Positions 8,001-17,445 of a stretch of DNA of 64,000 nucleotides are shown in pieces. The position numbers and the translations under genes were made by a program. The stretch lies in contig CAXXSR010000001.1 of NCBI GenBank assembly GCA_963662615.2, forward strand, positions 1,901,664-1,965,663. The letters are read 5' to 3'. The notes below the pieces were generated by a model. That model worked only from the letters and a program-made list of their open reading frames with translations, made no database searches and was not told the origin of the DNA. Position 1 is the first letter of the stretch. The number at the start of each line of letters is the position of its first letter. Source of the stretch: Dehalococcoidia bacterium (GTDB lineage: Bacteria > Chloroflexota > Dehalococcoidia > Bin125).

Positions 8001-8678
8001 TCAGTTGCTGACCTCGGCCGCGGCCCGCAGATGCGAAGCCGTTACGTGTGCCAGATCGCCAATGGACTCTAGTGTGAGATCGGCTTCTGGAAAATCGTGG
8101 TGCGCGGGGTCGGCGGCGTAGTGTCCCTGGCAGACCATCACCGTCGTCACCAGGTCGCCCAGGATCGCCTTCATTGCCGCGTGGATACGCGCCTTGTCGT
8201 CCACGACGACGTAGTGGGCAGCCGGGTACCGTCCGCGGATGTCGTCCGTGCTCTGCTCCTTGTGGACGTACACCAGGACGCGGCCGTCAACCGCCGCCTC
8301 CAGACCCGCGCTGCGAATCTTGTAGCGCTGGAAGAGCTGATCGCCGTCGGTCAGGATGACCGGCAGCCCCAACGACTTCACATGTTCGATCGCTTGCAAC
8401 GCTTGCGGGTAGAGGCACGCGGCGAAGCGGAAATCATAGAGGATCGAACTCAGCCGGCCCAGGCACTCCATCTCGTCACATTCCCGGCCGAACCGCTCCA
8501 CCGCCTCCGGAAAATCGACATGGTCAAGCTCCTCGCGAACCGCCTCGTAGATCTCCCAGAACCGCGCGGCCCGGCGCGGTCCAACACCGTCCACGACCGC
8601 CGCTTCCAGCTCCACTCTCACGCGGTCGTTGTCCAGCAGCGTGTTGTCCACATCCAGCAGGACCACCATGTCATGCAT
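8001..8678 (-). CDS. HAD-superfamily hydrolase
   Basis: N-terminal VVLLDVDNTLLDN carries HAD motif I (DxD), and later ILTDGD resembles motif IV. Confidence 0.75.
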   Translation of the reverse strand: MHDMVVLLDVDNTLLDNDRVRVELEAAVVDGVGPRRAARFWEIYEAVREELDHVDFPEAVERFGRECDEMECLGRLSSILYDFRFAACLYPQALQAIEHVKSLGLPVILTDGDQLFQRYKIRSAGLEAAVDGRVLVYVHKEQSTDDIRGRYPAAHYVVVDDKARIHAAMKAILGDLVTTVMVCQGHYAADPAHHDFPEADLTLESIGDLAHVTASHLRAAAEVSN

Positions 8679-9086
8679 GACTGATCACCTCCCTCGCGTC
8701 GTGAGGTTGTGTCCAGAGCTTCTCGCGCCGCCCCTCTCCGCACGCCGGCAACGGTTCGATACCGCCGGAATCGACGCGGCGCTTCCAAGCGCAGCCCCGC
8801 CCGCTCTGGCCATGGAGCCCCAGCGGCGCGAGTCTACTCCGTCCGACCGATTCGACGCCCCTGCGGGCGAATCGTGCCTTTGGTTCCGCGGCGCGCCCCA
8901 CGACGAATCGACCACTCAAGCGGAGTCCTCTGAGCGCTCTGCGCCGCCCTGCTGGATCATCAATGAGCCCGGCGCAGCTTGCGAGGGCAGAGACAGCTCG
9001 TGCTCCGCCGCGGATGGGAGACTTGCAGGGCGTAGTGGTGGCAGCCTACCCTCGCCGGACCCCCGCCTCGGAAGGAGGCGAGCCCC

Positions 9087-11105
9087 ATGGCGACCCAGCC
9101 CTTGGACCAGCTCTGCATCAATACCATTCGCACCTTGGCCATGGACGCCGTTCAGAAGGCGAATTCAGGCCATCCCGGCACGCCCATGGGCGCGGCGGCC
9201 ATCGCCTACACGATCTGGACTCGCTTTCTGCGTCACAATCCCGCCAACCCGCGCTGGCCCGACCGCGATCGATTCGTGCTCTCGCCGGGTCATGCCTCCA
9301 TGCTGCTCTACAGCCTCCTCGCCCTGACCGGATACGACCTGCCAATGGAGGAGCTGCAGCGCTTCCGCCAATGGGGGAGCAAGACGCCCGGACACCCGGA
9401 ATACGGTCTCACCCCGGGCGTCGAGCTTACGACCGGACCGCTCGGCGCTGGCTTCGCCATGGGCATCGGCATGGCCGTTGTCGAACGCTTCCTGGCCGAG
9501 CACTTCAACCGGCCGGGGCACGAGATTGTGGACCACTACGTGTAAGGCATCGTCAGCGACGGCGACCTCATGGAGGGCGTCGCGGCCGAGGCGGCCTCCC
9601 TCGCCGGCACTCTGCGCCTCGGCAAGCTCATCTATCTGTACGACGACAACGAGATCTCCATCGAAGGCAGCACCGACATCGCCTTCACCGAGCAGGTGGG
9701 CCGGCGCTTCGAAGCGTACGACTGGCACGTCCAGCGCGTTGACGGCAACGACGTGGACGCCGTCGCCACGGCCATCAACACAGCCCGCGCCCACGCCGAG
9801 CGGCCCTCCCTGATCATGGCGCGGACGGTGATCGGATTCGGCAGTCCCCATGCGGCTGGGACGGCCCAGGTGCACGGCGCTCCGCTGGGTGAGGAGGAGA
9901 TTCGCCTAACCAAGCGGGCCCTGGGCTGGCCGGAGCAGCCACCGTTCCACGTGCCGGACGAAGCGCTCGGAGAGTTCCGCAAGGCGCTCAACCGTGGTCG
10001 CGCCTGGGAAGAGGAGTGGAACGGGCGCTTCGCGTCATACGAAGCGGCCTTCCCGGATGACGCCCGGCTGTGGCGCGTCGTCTCGGCCGGCGACCTCCCT
10101 GAGAACTGGGACGCAGCGGTACCAACATTCACCTCCGCCGACGGCCCCATGGCGACCCGCCAGGCGTCCGGCAAGGTGCTCAACGGCCTCATTGAGGGGC
10201 TGCCCACATTGCTGGGCGGATCGGCGGACTTGGCTCCGTCCACGAACACCTATCTCAAGGGCTACGGCGATCTCGGCTTCGACGAATGGTGCGGACACAA
10301 CATGCATTTCGGCGTCCGCGAGCATGCCATGGGCAACATTGCGAACGGCATGGCCCTGCATGGCGGTGTCATCCCCTACACTGCCACATTTCTGGTCTTT
10401 TCGGACTACATGCGGCCGGCGCTGCGGCTCGCCGCGCTACAGCGCGCCCACGTCATCTTCATCTTCACCCACGACAGCATCGGCATGGGCGAGGACGGGC
10501 CGACCCACCAGCCCGTCGAGCACCTGGCGTCCCTGCGAGCGATGCCCGACTTCACGCTCTTCCGCCCAGCCGACGCCAATGAGACCGCCGAGTGCTGGCG
10601 CCTCGCGGTCGCCCGTCCGGGTCCGGCAGCCATCGTCCTGAGCCGCCAGAGTTTGCCCGTCTTTGACGACATTAAGCGGATTCGCGACGGCGTCCGCCGC
10701 GGCGCCTACGTCTTCGCCGATGCGGATGCCGCTTCGCCCGATCTCGTCCTGCTCGCGAGCGGATCCGAAGTCTCGCTGGTTCTCGCCGCCCGCACTCTCC
10801 TCGGCGAGCGCGGGATTCAGGCACGGGTGGTCAGCATGCCGAGTTGGGATCTGTTTGAGGAGCAGCCCCAGGCGTACAAGAACGCGGTGATCCCGTCCGG
10901 CGTACGTGCCCGTCTGGCCGTCGAGGCGGCCTCCCCCCTGGGCTGGCACCGGTACGTGGGCGACGCGGGCGATATCGTGGCCCTCGCTCACTTCGGCGCA
11001 TCGGCGCCCGCGGATCAACTGTTCCAGGCGTTCGGCTTCACACCGGAGCAGGTGGCGGATCGCGCCGCGGCGCTGGTGGGACAGCCGGCCCGGCAGGGCG
11101 CCTAG
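9087..11105 (+). pseudogene. tkt: Transketolase interrupted by an in-frame TAA (9543-9545)
   Basis: ORFs 9087-9545 and 9570-11105 are in the same frame. Together they read ...[30 protein letters not shown]..., the conserved ThDP-binding GDG(x)LMEG region. The stop replaces the conserved Tyr. A GGAAGGAGG SD lies upstream of ATG 9087. Confidence 0.9.
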
Positions 11106-11107
11106 CC

Positions 11108-11566
11108 ATGCGCATCGCCGTCGGCGCGGACCACGCGGGGTTCCCCTTGAAAGGGCAGCTCATCGCTGAGCTGCAGCGGCTCGGTCACGAAGTCGTCGAC
11201 GTGGGGACCCACAGCACGGACCCGGTTGACTATCCTGACGTTGCTGAGGCGGTGGGGAAAGCCGTCATTGGTGGCGAGGCGCACCGAGGCCTGCTCGTGT
11301 GCGGTAGTGGCGTCGGCGCGGCCGTGGCCGCGAATAAGATTCCCGGAATCCGTGCAAGCGTCTGCCACGACACCTTTTCCGCGCATCAAGGTGTGGAGGA
11401 CGACGACATGAACGTCCTCTGCCTGGGCGCACGCGTCGTGGGACCGCAGCTCGCCGCGGAGATCGTGCGGACATGGCAGCAGGTGTCCTTCTCCCACGCC
11501 GAGCGCCACGTTCGCCGCCTGAGCAAGGTCTTGGCGTTAGAGAAGCGGTACCAGCAAGGAGTCTGA
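11108..11566 (+). CDS. rpiB: Ribose-5-phosphate isomerase B
   Basis: [15 protein letters not shown] and [22 protein letters not shown] are hallmark RpiB/LacAB motifs. Confidence 0.92.
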   Translation: MRIAVGADHAGFPLKGQLIAELQRLGHEVVDVGTHSTDPVDYPDVAEAVGKAVIGGEAHRGLLVCGSGVGAAVAANKIPGIRASVCHDTFSAHQGVEDDDMNVLCLGARVVGPQLAAEIVRTWQQVSFSHAERHVRRLSKVLALEKRYQQGV

Positions 11567-11569
11567 GCC

Positions 11570-14200
11570 GTGCCCACAGCCATTGAGGAACTTCGCCAGG
11601 CAGGACAGAGCGTCTGGCTCGACTTCATTCGGCGCGGCTTCCTGCGCTCCGGCGGATTGGAGCGCTATGTCCGCGAAGGCTTGGTAAGCGGCGTGACCTC
11701 CAACCCATCGATCTTTGCGAAAGCCGTGTCCGGCTCTCCCGATTACGACGACGCTCTGCACGAAATCGCCCAGGCAGGCAAAGCGGAACCGTACGACGCG
11801 TTCGTGCAGCTTGCCGTGGACGACATTCAGCTGGCAGCGGACATTCTGCGCCCGGTCTACGACAGTACCGGCGGCGCCGACGGATACGTCTCGCTGGAGG
11901 TGGCGCCAGGAATTGAGGACGACACCGCCCGCACCGTCGCCGAGGCGACGCGCTTGTATCGATTGGTGGACCGGCCCAACGCGATGATCAAGGTCCCGGG
12001 AACGGGCGCTGGGATCCGAGCGCTGGAGGATCTCATCGCCGCCGGGATCAACATCAACGTCACGCTGCTGTTCAACGTGGCCGTGTACGAGGAGGTCGCG
12101 CGTGGGTACATGGCCGGCCTGGAGCGGCGCCTGGAGCAGGGCCAACTGCTCGCCGGTCTCGCCAGCGTCGCCTCCTTTTTCGTGTCGCGAATTGACACCG
12201 CCGTCGAGACGCGCCTGCCCGCCGATTCCCCTCTGCGCGGCGCCGTCGCGGTTGCCAACGCACGGGTCGCCTACGGGCGTTTTCGGGAGATCTTCAGCGG
12301 GCAGCGATGGGAGCGGCTCGCCGGTGCGGGGGCGCGGGTGCAGCGCCCGCTCTGGGCCTCTACCAGCACGAAGAACAAGGCGTACTCGGACGTCCTCTAC
12401 GTCGAAGCGCTCATCGCACCCGACACGGTCAACACGATGCCGGAAACAACGTTGGCGGCGTTCGCGGACCATGGCCGTGTCAATCCAGGCGCAGTGGAGG
12501 ACGGGATTGAAGCGGCGGCGGAAACGCTGAGAGGTGTCCGCTCTGCCGGCATTGACTTTGAAGCCGTCACGGATCGGTTGTTGCAGGAGGGCCTCGCCTC
12601 ATTCGGCGCCGATTTCGACAACTTGCTTCACTGCGTCAGTGATTCGTTGGCAGCGGTACCGGCCGGCAGAGCGCGTCACTCCGCGAACCTGGGCGAACTG
12701 GCTCCGCAGCTGGAAGCGCGATTGCAGACACTGGAGCAGAACGACGTCGTGGGACGGCTCTGGGCCGGGGACTATACGTTGTGGAAGCCGGAACCGGGGC
12801 AGATCCCGGACCGGCTGGGGTGGCTCACCGTGGTCGATGAGATGCTCGACCAGGTCCCTCTCCTCGAGCGGTTTGCGGCGGAGGCGGCTGACGATGGCTA
12901 CGACACGGCCGTCCTCCTGGGCATGGGCGGCTCCAGCCTTGCGCCCGAGGTGTTGCAGGCCACCAGCGGCACGACCGCCGGCGCGCTGCGGTTGGAGGTG
13001 CTGGATACCACCTTGCCCGCGAGCATCCTTGCTCTCGAGCAGCGAATCGATCCGCAACGCACGCTGTTCATCGTTGCGAGCAAGTCCGGCACCACCATCG
13101 AACCGCTCTCGCACCTCGCCTATTTCTTTGAAAAGATCCCGAACAGTCGGCAATTCATCGCCATCACCGATCCCGGAACTCCGCTGGCGGACGAGGCGCG
13201 CGCCCGACAGTTTCGGCAGCTCTTTCTGAACCGGACCGATATCGGCGGGCGCTATTCCGCCTTGTCCCACTTCGGCTTGGTGCCGACTGCCCTGATTGGC
13301 GCGGACATCCGCGGCCTGTTGAATCGCGCACTTGAGATGCTCCACGCGAGCCACGCCTGCGTGCCCGTGCACGACAATCCGGGGGCGTGGCTCGGCGCCG
13401 TCCTCGGCGCGGCGGCACTGGCCGGGCGCGACAAGCTCACCCTCGTCCTACCAGAGTCGATTGCGACGTTCGGATACTGGGTGGAGCAGCTCATCGCCGA
13501 ATCGACCGGGAAAGAGGGCACCGGCATCTTGCCGGTGGAGGGCGAAGCGCTGGGGTCGCCGGACGTGTACGGCGACGACCGGATCTTCGTCGCGCTCGGT
13601 GACGACGACGCGGTGGCGCCTCTTGAAGCGGCGGGCCATCCCGTGGTCCGCCTCCCCTATAGCGAGCCGTCCCAGATCGGCGGTGAGTTCTTCCGCTGGG
13701 AGTTTGCGACAGCCGTGGCGGGCTACCTCCTCGGGATCGACCCTTTTGACCAGCCCAACGTCCAGGAAGCCAAAGAGGCCACGGCGCGCATCCTCGCGGG
13801 CGGGGCGGAGACGCCCGAGACTCCCGCCCTGGCCGACGTCCTCTCCCAGATCCGCCCCGGCGACTACATTGCGATCCAGGCCTACCTCCCCAAGACGCAA
13901 GGGACGGAGGCGGAGCTGCAGGCCGTGCGCCACGCCCTGCGCGATCGCTTCCATGTGGCCACGACGATCGGGTACGGGCCGCGCTTCCTGCACTCCACCG
14001 GGCAGTACCACAAGGGCGGCCGCAACAACGGCATCTTCATCCAAGTCGTCGGTGAGGACAGCGTGGACGTGCCCATCCCGGGACAGCACTACACCTTTGG
14101 CGAGCTTTCCCGCGCCCAAGCCCTGGGCGACCTCCAGTCATTGCAAGCGCACGACCGGCGGGTCACGCGCGTCGCACTGGATGAATTGAAAGGGCTGTAG
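11570..14200 (+). CDS. Bifunctional transaldolase / glucose-6-phosphate isomerase fusion
   Basis: The N-terminal ~360 aa is transaldolase-like (GQSVWLDFIRR, VTSNPSIF, MIKVPGT). The C-terminal ~500 aa is PGI-like (LLGMGGSSLAPEV, IVASKSGTTIEP, GGRYSALS). Confidence 0.92.
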   Translation: MPTAIEELRQAGQSVWLDFIRRGFLRSGGLERYVREGLVSGVTSNPSIFAKAVSGSPDYDDALHEIAQAGKAEPYDAFVQLAVDDIQLAADILRPVYDSTGGADGYVSLEVAPGIEDDTARTVAEATRLYRLVDRPNAMIKVPGTGAGIRALEDLIAAGININVTLLFNVAVYEEVARGYMAGLERRLEQGQLLAGLASVASFFVSRIDTAVETRLPADSPLRGAVAVANARVAYGRFREIFSGQRWERLAGAGARVQRPLWASTSTKNKAYSDVLYVEALIAPDTVNTMPETTLAAFADHGRVNPGAVEDGIEAAAETLRGVRSAGIDFEAVTDRLLQEGLASFGADFDNLLHCVSDSLAAVPAGRARHSANLGELAPQLEARLQTLEQNDVVGRLWAGDYTLWKPEPGQIPDRLGWLTVVDEMLDQVPLLERFAAEAADDGYDTAVLLGMGGSSLAPEVLQATSGTTAGALRLEVLDTTLPASILALEQRIDPQRTLFIVASKSGTTIEPLSHLAYFFEKIPNSRQFIAITDPGTPLADEARARQFRQLFLNRTDIGGRYSALSHFGLVPTALIGADIRGLLNRALEMLHASHACVPVHDNPGAWLGAVLGAAALAGRDKLTLVLPESIATFGYWVEQLIAESTGKEGTGILPVEGEALGSPDVYGDDRIFVALGDDDAVAPLEAAGHPVVRLPYSEPSQIGGEFFRWEFATAVAGYLLGIDPFDQPNVQEAKEATARILAGGAETPETPALADVLSQIRPGDYIAIQAYLPKTQGTEAELQAVRHALRDRFHVATTIGYGPRFLHSTGQYHKGGRNNGIFIQVVGEDSVDVPIPGQHYTFGELSRAQALGDLQSLQAHDRRVTRVALDELKGL

Positions 14201-14203
14201 GTC

Positions 14204-15073
14204 ATGAAAATCGGAATCGTCGGATTGGGACGGATGGGCGCCGGGATCGCCGAGCGGTTGCGCCGCCACGGGCATGAGGTGGTGGGATACGACCGCAACC
14301 CTGCCGTCACCGAAGTGGCGTCATACCAAGAGCTTCTGGAGGCGCTCTCGCCACCCCGCGTGGTCTGGCTGATGGTGCCCTCGGGCGACGCCACCGAGGC
14401 GACGATCAACGACCTGAGCCCGCTGCTCTCGCGCAGGGACATCATCGTTGAGGGCGGCAACAGCTACTACAAGGACTCGATCCGGCGCGCCTCGGAGCAG
14501 GCGGAGCGAGGTCTGGAGTTCCTTGATGTGGGAACGTCCGGCGGCGTCTGGGGACTGGAGGTCGGCTTCTGCCTGATGGTCGGCGGTTCGCCTGCAGTCT
14601 TCGAGACTGTGGAGCCGATCTTCAAAGCGCTCGCGCCTGAGGGAGGCTACGCCCACGTGGGGCCGGCCGGGGCGGGCCATTACACGAAGATGGTCCACAA
14701 CGGTGTCGAGTACGGGATGCTCCAGGCCTACGCCGAGGGCTTCGAGCTCCTGCGCCAATCCGCCTTCGACATTGACCTGCCCCAGGTGGCCGCGCTCTGG
14801 AACCACGGCAGCGTGGTGCGCTCCTGGCTGCTGGAGCTGGCAGAGGACGCGTTCGCCAAGGACCCGAAACTCGAAAAGCTGCGCGGCTACGTGGAGGACT
14901 CGGGTGAAGGACGTTGGATCGTCCTGGAGGCGGTGGAACGGGGAGTCCCCGCCGGAGTGATCGCACATTCGCTCTTCAGTCCCTTCGAATCGCGTAACGC
15001 CGATCCGTTCGCCATGCGCTTCATCGCGGCGCTTCGCAACGAGTTCGGCGGGCACCCGGTCAAGCAGTCGTGA
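14204..15073 (+). CDS. gnd: 6-phosphogluconate dehydrogenase, decarboxylating (short GndA-like form)
   Basis: MKIGIVGLGRMGAGIAERL is the Rossmann motif. GGNSYYKDS and HYTKMVHNGVEYGMLQAYAEG are typical of 6PGDH. Confidence 0.88.
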   Translation: MKIGIVGLGRMGAGIAERLRRHGHEVVGYDRNPAVTEVASYQELLEALSPPRVVWLMVPSGDATEATINDLSPLLSRRDIIVEGGNSYYKDSIRRASEQAERGLEFLDVGTSGGVWGLEVGFCLMVGGSPAVFETVEPIFKALAPEGGYAHVGPAGAGHYTKMVHNGVEYGMLQAYAEGFELLRQSAFDIDLPQVAALWNHGSVVRSWLLELAEDAFAKDPKLEKLRGYVEDSGEGRWIVLEAVERGVPAGVIAHSLFSPFESRNADPFAMRFIAALRNEFGGHPVKQS

Positions 15074-15360
15074 GCCTCGCGGCGCCGGAACCGCAAGATC
15101 TGCTGCTGGTCGGCGCCACGGGTTACCTCGCCCGCCGCAAACTATTGCCGGCATTAAATGAGCTGGGGCAGGATGGACTGCTCCCCCGGGAAGGCCGAAT
15201 CATTGAATACGGCCGTACCGATTACTCCGACGACCAATTCCGCAGTCTCGCCGGCGAAGCGGTGCGCGCAGCCGGCAGCAGTACAGCCGGCGACGCCAGG
15301 GCGCGATTCGCCGAGCGCCAAACAGGTACACGTGAGAGTGATCGTCATCAGCTGAATTGA
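15070..15360 (+). pseudogene. zwf: Glucose-6-phosphate dehydrogenase N-terminal remnant (~90 of ~500 codons)
   Basis: LLLVGATGYLARRKLLPALNEL...LPREGRIIEYGRTDYSDDQFR matches the G6PD NADP-binding N-terminus. Homology ends around codon 85, and only 300 bp separate it from the next gene. Confidence 0.75.
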
Positions 15361-15661
15361 GGCTGCCAAGATCGTCGAAGAGTGGGGGACACTCAGTTGC
15401 GAGTAGGCTGGGCAATCAGCGCTGGCGCCCACAACGCCACTCGCGCGCGCCAACCTCACGCACCGCCCAGCAAGAGCAGAAAGACGCCTTCCCGACGTCA
15501 TGCGCCTGGGCCCGCGGATCACGCTGTCGCTGCACGGCGAGGAAACACGCCGGCTCCGTTCGGGGGTGCATCTGCAGGCCCCAGGAAGTACGCTTGCCCG
15601 TGAACTTGGAGGATGCATTGGGCCCGCGATCGACGCGGTGTCGGCGGAACGGGGACGGCAC

Positions 15662-15907
15662 ATGACGCGCATCTACGTGGGCAACCTGCCGTTCGAGATG
15701 AGTGACGAAGAGTTGCGAGAGTTCTTTGTGCCCTACGGAGAGATCACCACCTGCGACGTGGTGGCGGACCGCGATACGGGTCGGTCGCGCGGCTTCGGGT
15801 TCGTGGAAATGAACGGTGCAGACGCGGCCCGCGCCATCGAGGCGCTGGACGGCCAAGATGCGGGCGGGAGGGCGTTGCGCGTCAACGAAGCGCACGAACG
15901 CCGCTAG
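15662..15907 (+). CDS. RRM-type RNA-binding protein
   Basis: MTRIYVGNLPF is RNP2 and RGFGFVEM is RNP1, in a typical ~80-aa bacterial RRM protein. Confidence 0.9.
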   Translation: MTRIYVGNLPFEMSDEELREFFVPYGEITTCDVVADRDTGRSRGFGFVEMNGADAARAIEALDGQDAGGRALRVNEAHERR

Positions 15908-16003
15908 GGAAGCCACGAACGCCACGATCCGCCGCCTCAGCCGGCTCCGTTCGCGAGCACGAGCCCACACTCCTCAGCGACCTTTGAGATGAGGTGACAG
16001 AGC

Positions 16004-17197
16004 GTGTCCGTCCGGATCCGCCCCGTGCCGCTTGGTCGGGGGGCTCAGCCCTTCATTGATGTCATGTGGCGCGTATACCGTGCGGACTCGCAGTGGATTC
16101 CACCGCTGCGTCGGCAACTGACGGCGCTGTTCGATTCTCGACACAACCCCTTCCTCCGCTACGGGCAAGCGCAACTCTTCGTCGCCGAGCGTGACGGGGA
16201 GGTGGTTGGGCGCATCTCCGCCCACATCAACCCCGACCACGACGGCTACCATCGCGAGCGCGGCGGCTTCTTTGGGTTTTTCGAGTGCACCGACGACGAA
16301 GCGGCTTCCAAAGCACTGCTCGAGTCCGCGGAAGACTGGCTGCAGGGGCACGCCGTGGACTGGATCCGCGGCCCTGTCTCCTTCACGATGAATCAAGAGG
16401 CTGGCACCCTCGTCGACGGTTTCGACACGCCGCCGATGGTGGCGATGCCGCACGGGCGGCCCTATTACGACCGCCTTCTCACAGCGGCGGGCTACGCCAA
16501 GGCCAAAGATCTCCTGGCGTGGCAATACCCCGTTGTCCAGCTCCACCCCCGCGCCCAGGCAGCGTACGCCCGCATCCGCGCGATGGACGGCGTCACGGTG
16601 CGGGAGTTCGAGCGCAACCATTTCCGTCGCGATGTCGGCCTTGCCATTGAGATCTTCAACGACGCCTGGGCGGACAACTGGGGTTTCGTTCCCGTGCGGG
16701 CCGAGGAGGCCGACCAGCTCGCGGCCGACCTCGACCAATTCGCCGATCCCGACCTCACGGCGCTCGTCTTCGTCGACGGCGAACCCGCAGCGATGGTCGT
16801 GGCGATTCCAAACCTGAACGAGGCCGCCCGCGACGCGAATGGCCGCCTGTTCCCCTGGGGTGGCCTCAAGATCAAGTGGCGCTTATGGCGCGGCGTCCGC
16901 ACCGGACGCGTGATCCTCCTTGGTATCAAACAGGCGTATCGCACGCGCGCGTACAACGGGCTCTTTCTCCTGCTCTTCGCGGAGGTCCACCTGCGCGGGG
17001 AGCGACGCGGTTACGACTGGGCGGAGCTCGGCTGGGTGCTGGAAGACAACGCCCGTCTGAACGTGGCGTTGCCCCGCATGGGCGCGCGCGTCTACAAGAC
17101 ATACCGGCTCTACCAGAAATCCGCTACCGCCGGCGAGAATGTGCCCCAGCCCCGGGCTGCCGACATCGCCCCGCCGGCCGACATCGCCCCAGACTGA
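16004..17197 (+). CDS. GNAT-like N-acetyltransferase family protein (function unknown)
   Basis: A 397-aa ORF with good coding bias. It resembles the ~390-aa two-lobed acetyltransferase-like proteins (AERDGEVVGRISA...GFFGFFEC). The family assignment is from memory only. Confidence 0.6.
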   Translation: MSVRIRPVPLGRGAQPFIDVMWRVYRADSQWIPPLRRQLTALFDSRHNPFLRYGQAQLFVAERDGEVVGRISAHINPDHDGYHRERGGFFGFFECTDDEAASKALLESAEDWLQGHAVDWIRGPVSFTMNQEAGTLVDGFDTPPMVAMPHGRPYYDRLLTAAGYAKAKDLLAWQYPVVQLHPRAQAAYARIRAMDGVTVREFERNHFRRDVGLAIEIFNDAWADNWGFVPVRAEEADQLAADLDQFADPDLTALVFVDGEPAAMVVAIPNLNEAARDANGRLFPWGGLKIKWRLWRGVRTGRVILLGIKQAYRTRAYNGLFLLLFAEVHLRGERRGYDWAELGWVLEDNARLNVALPRMGARVYKTYRLYQKSATAGENVPQPRAADIAPPADIAPD

Positions 17198-17221
17198 AGA
17201 TCGCGTCCAGGTCACGCTCCC

Positions 17222-17237
17222 GGGGGGGGGGGGGGGG
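17222..17237. repeat. Homopolymer G16 tract
   Basis: Sixteen consecutive G lie 25 nt after the stop of the GNAT-like gene, immediately before an MFS gene remnant. Confidence 0.95.
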
Positions 17238-17239
17238 CG

Positions 17240-17410
17240 AAGCTCGCACGGCCGATACCCGACAACGCGGGCGCGGGCCAGAACCTGATCAGTACGGCAT
17301 CTGCCGGTGCGAACGGCTGGGTGGCGCTTGTGGTGATGCCGCTGAGCGTGTTCATGGTGTTCGTGGACGGGACGGTGATGCAGACGGCGCTTCCGCCGAT
17401 CTCACGCGAC
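17240..17410 (+). pseudogene. MFS (DHA2-like) transporter N-terminal remnant
   Basis: The frame reads ...GWVALVVMPLSVFMVFVDGTVMQTALPPISRD, matching TM1 and the LDxTIVNVALPxI motif of drug-efflux MFS proteins. It has no start codon, and homology ends where the convergent permease gene ends. Confidence 0.45.
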
Positions 17411-17445
17411 AGCCAGACGCCGACACCGATTCGGAGCAAGGCGTC

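Noticed and set aside
9543-9545. Programmed recoding (selenocysteine, pyrrolysine, read-through) or an altered genetic code as the explanation for the in-frame TAA in tkt and TGA in the Kelch gene.
   Set aside because: TAA is not a Sec or Pyl codon. The TGA lies in a structural beta-propeller loop with no redox context. TGA, TAA and TAG all terminate well-defined genes in this window, for example frdB and the radical SAM gene (TGA), the 2-hydroxyacid dehydrogenase remnant (TAA) and imuB (TAG). A mutation or sequencing error is more parsimonious.
15154-15672. The 172-aa minus-strand ORF, and the plus-strand ORFs in the zwf-RRM gap.
   Set aside because: The composition is low-complexity Ser/Arg/Cys/Pro, with no motifs. 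The ORF overlaps the zwf remnant antisense. The gap is better explained as deletion scar plus the 5' UTR of the RRM gene.
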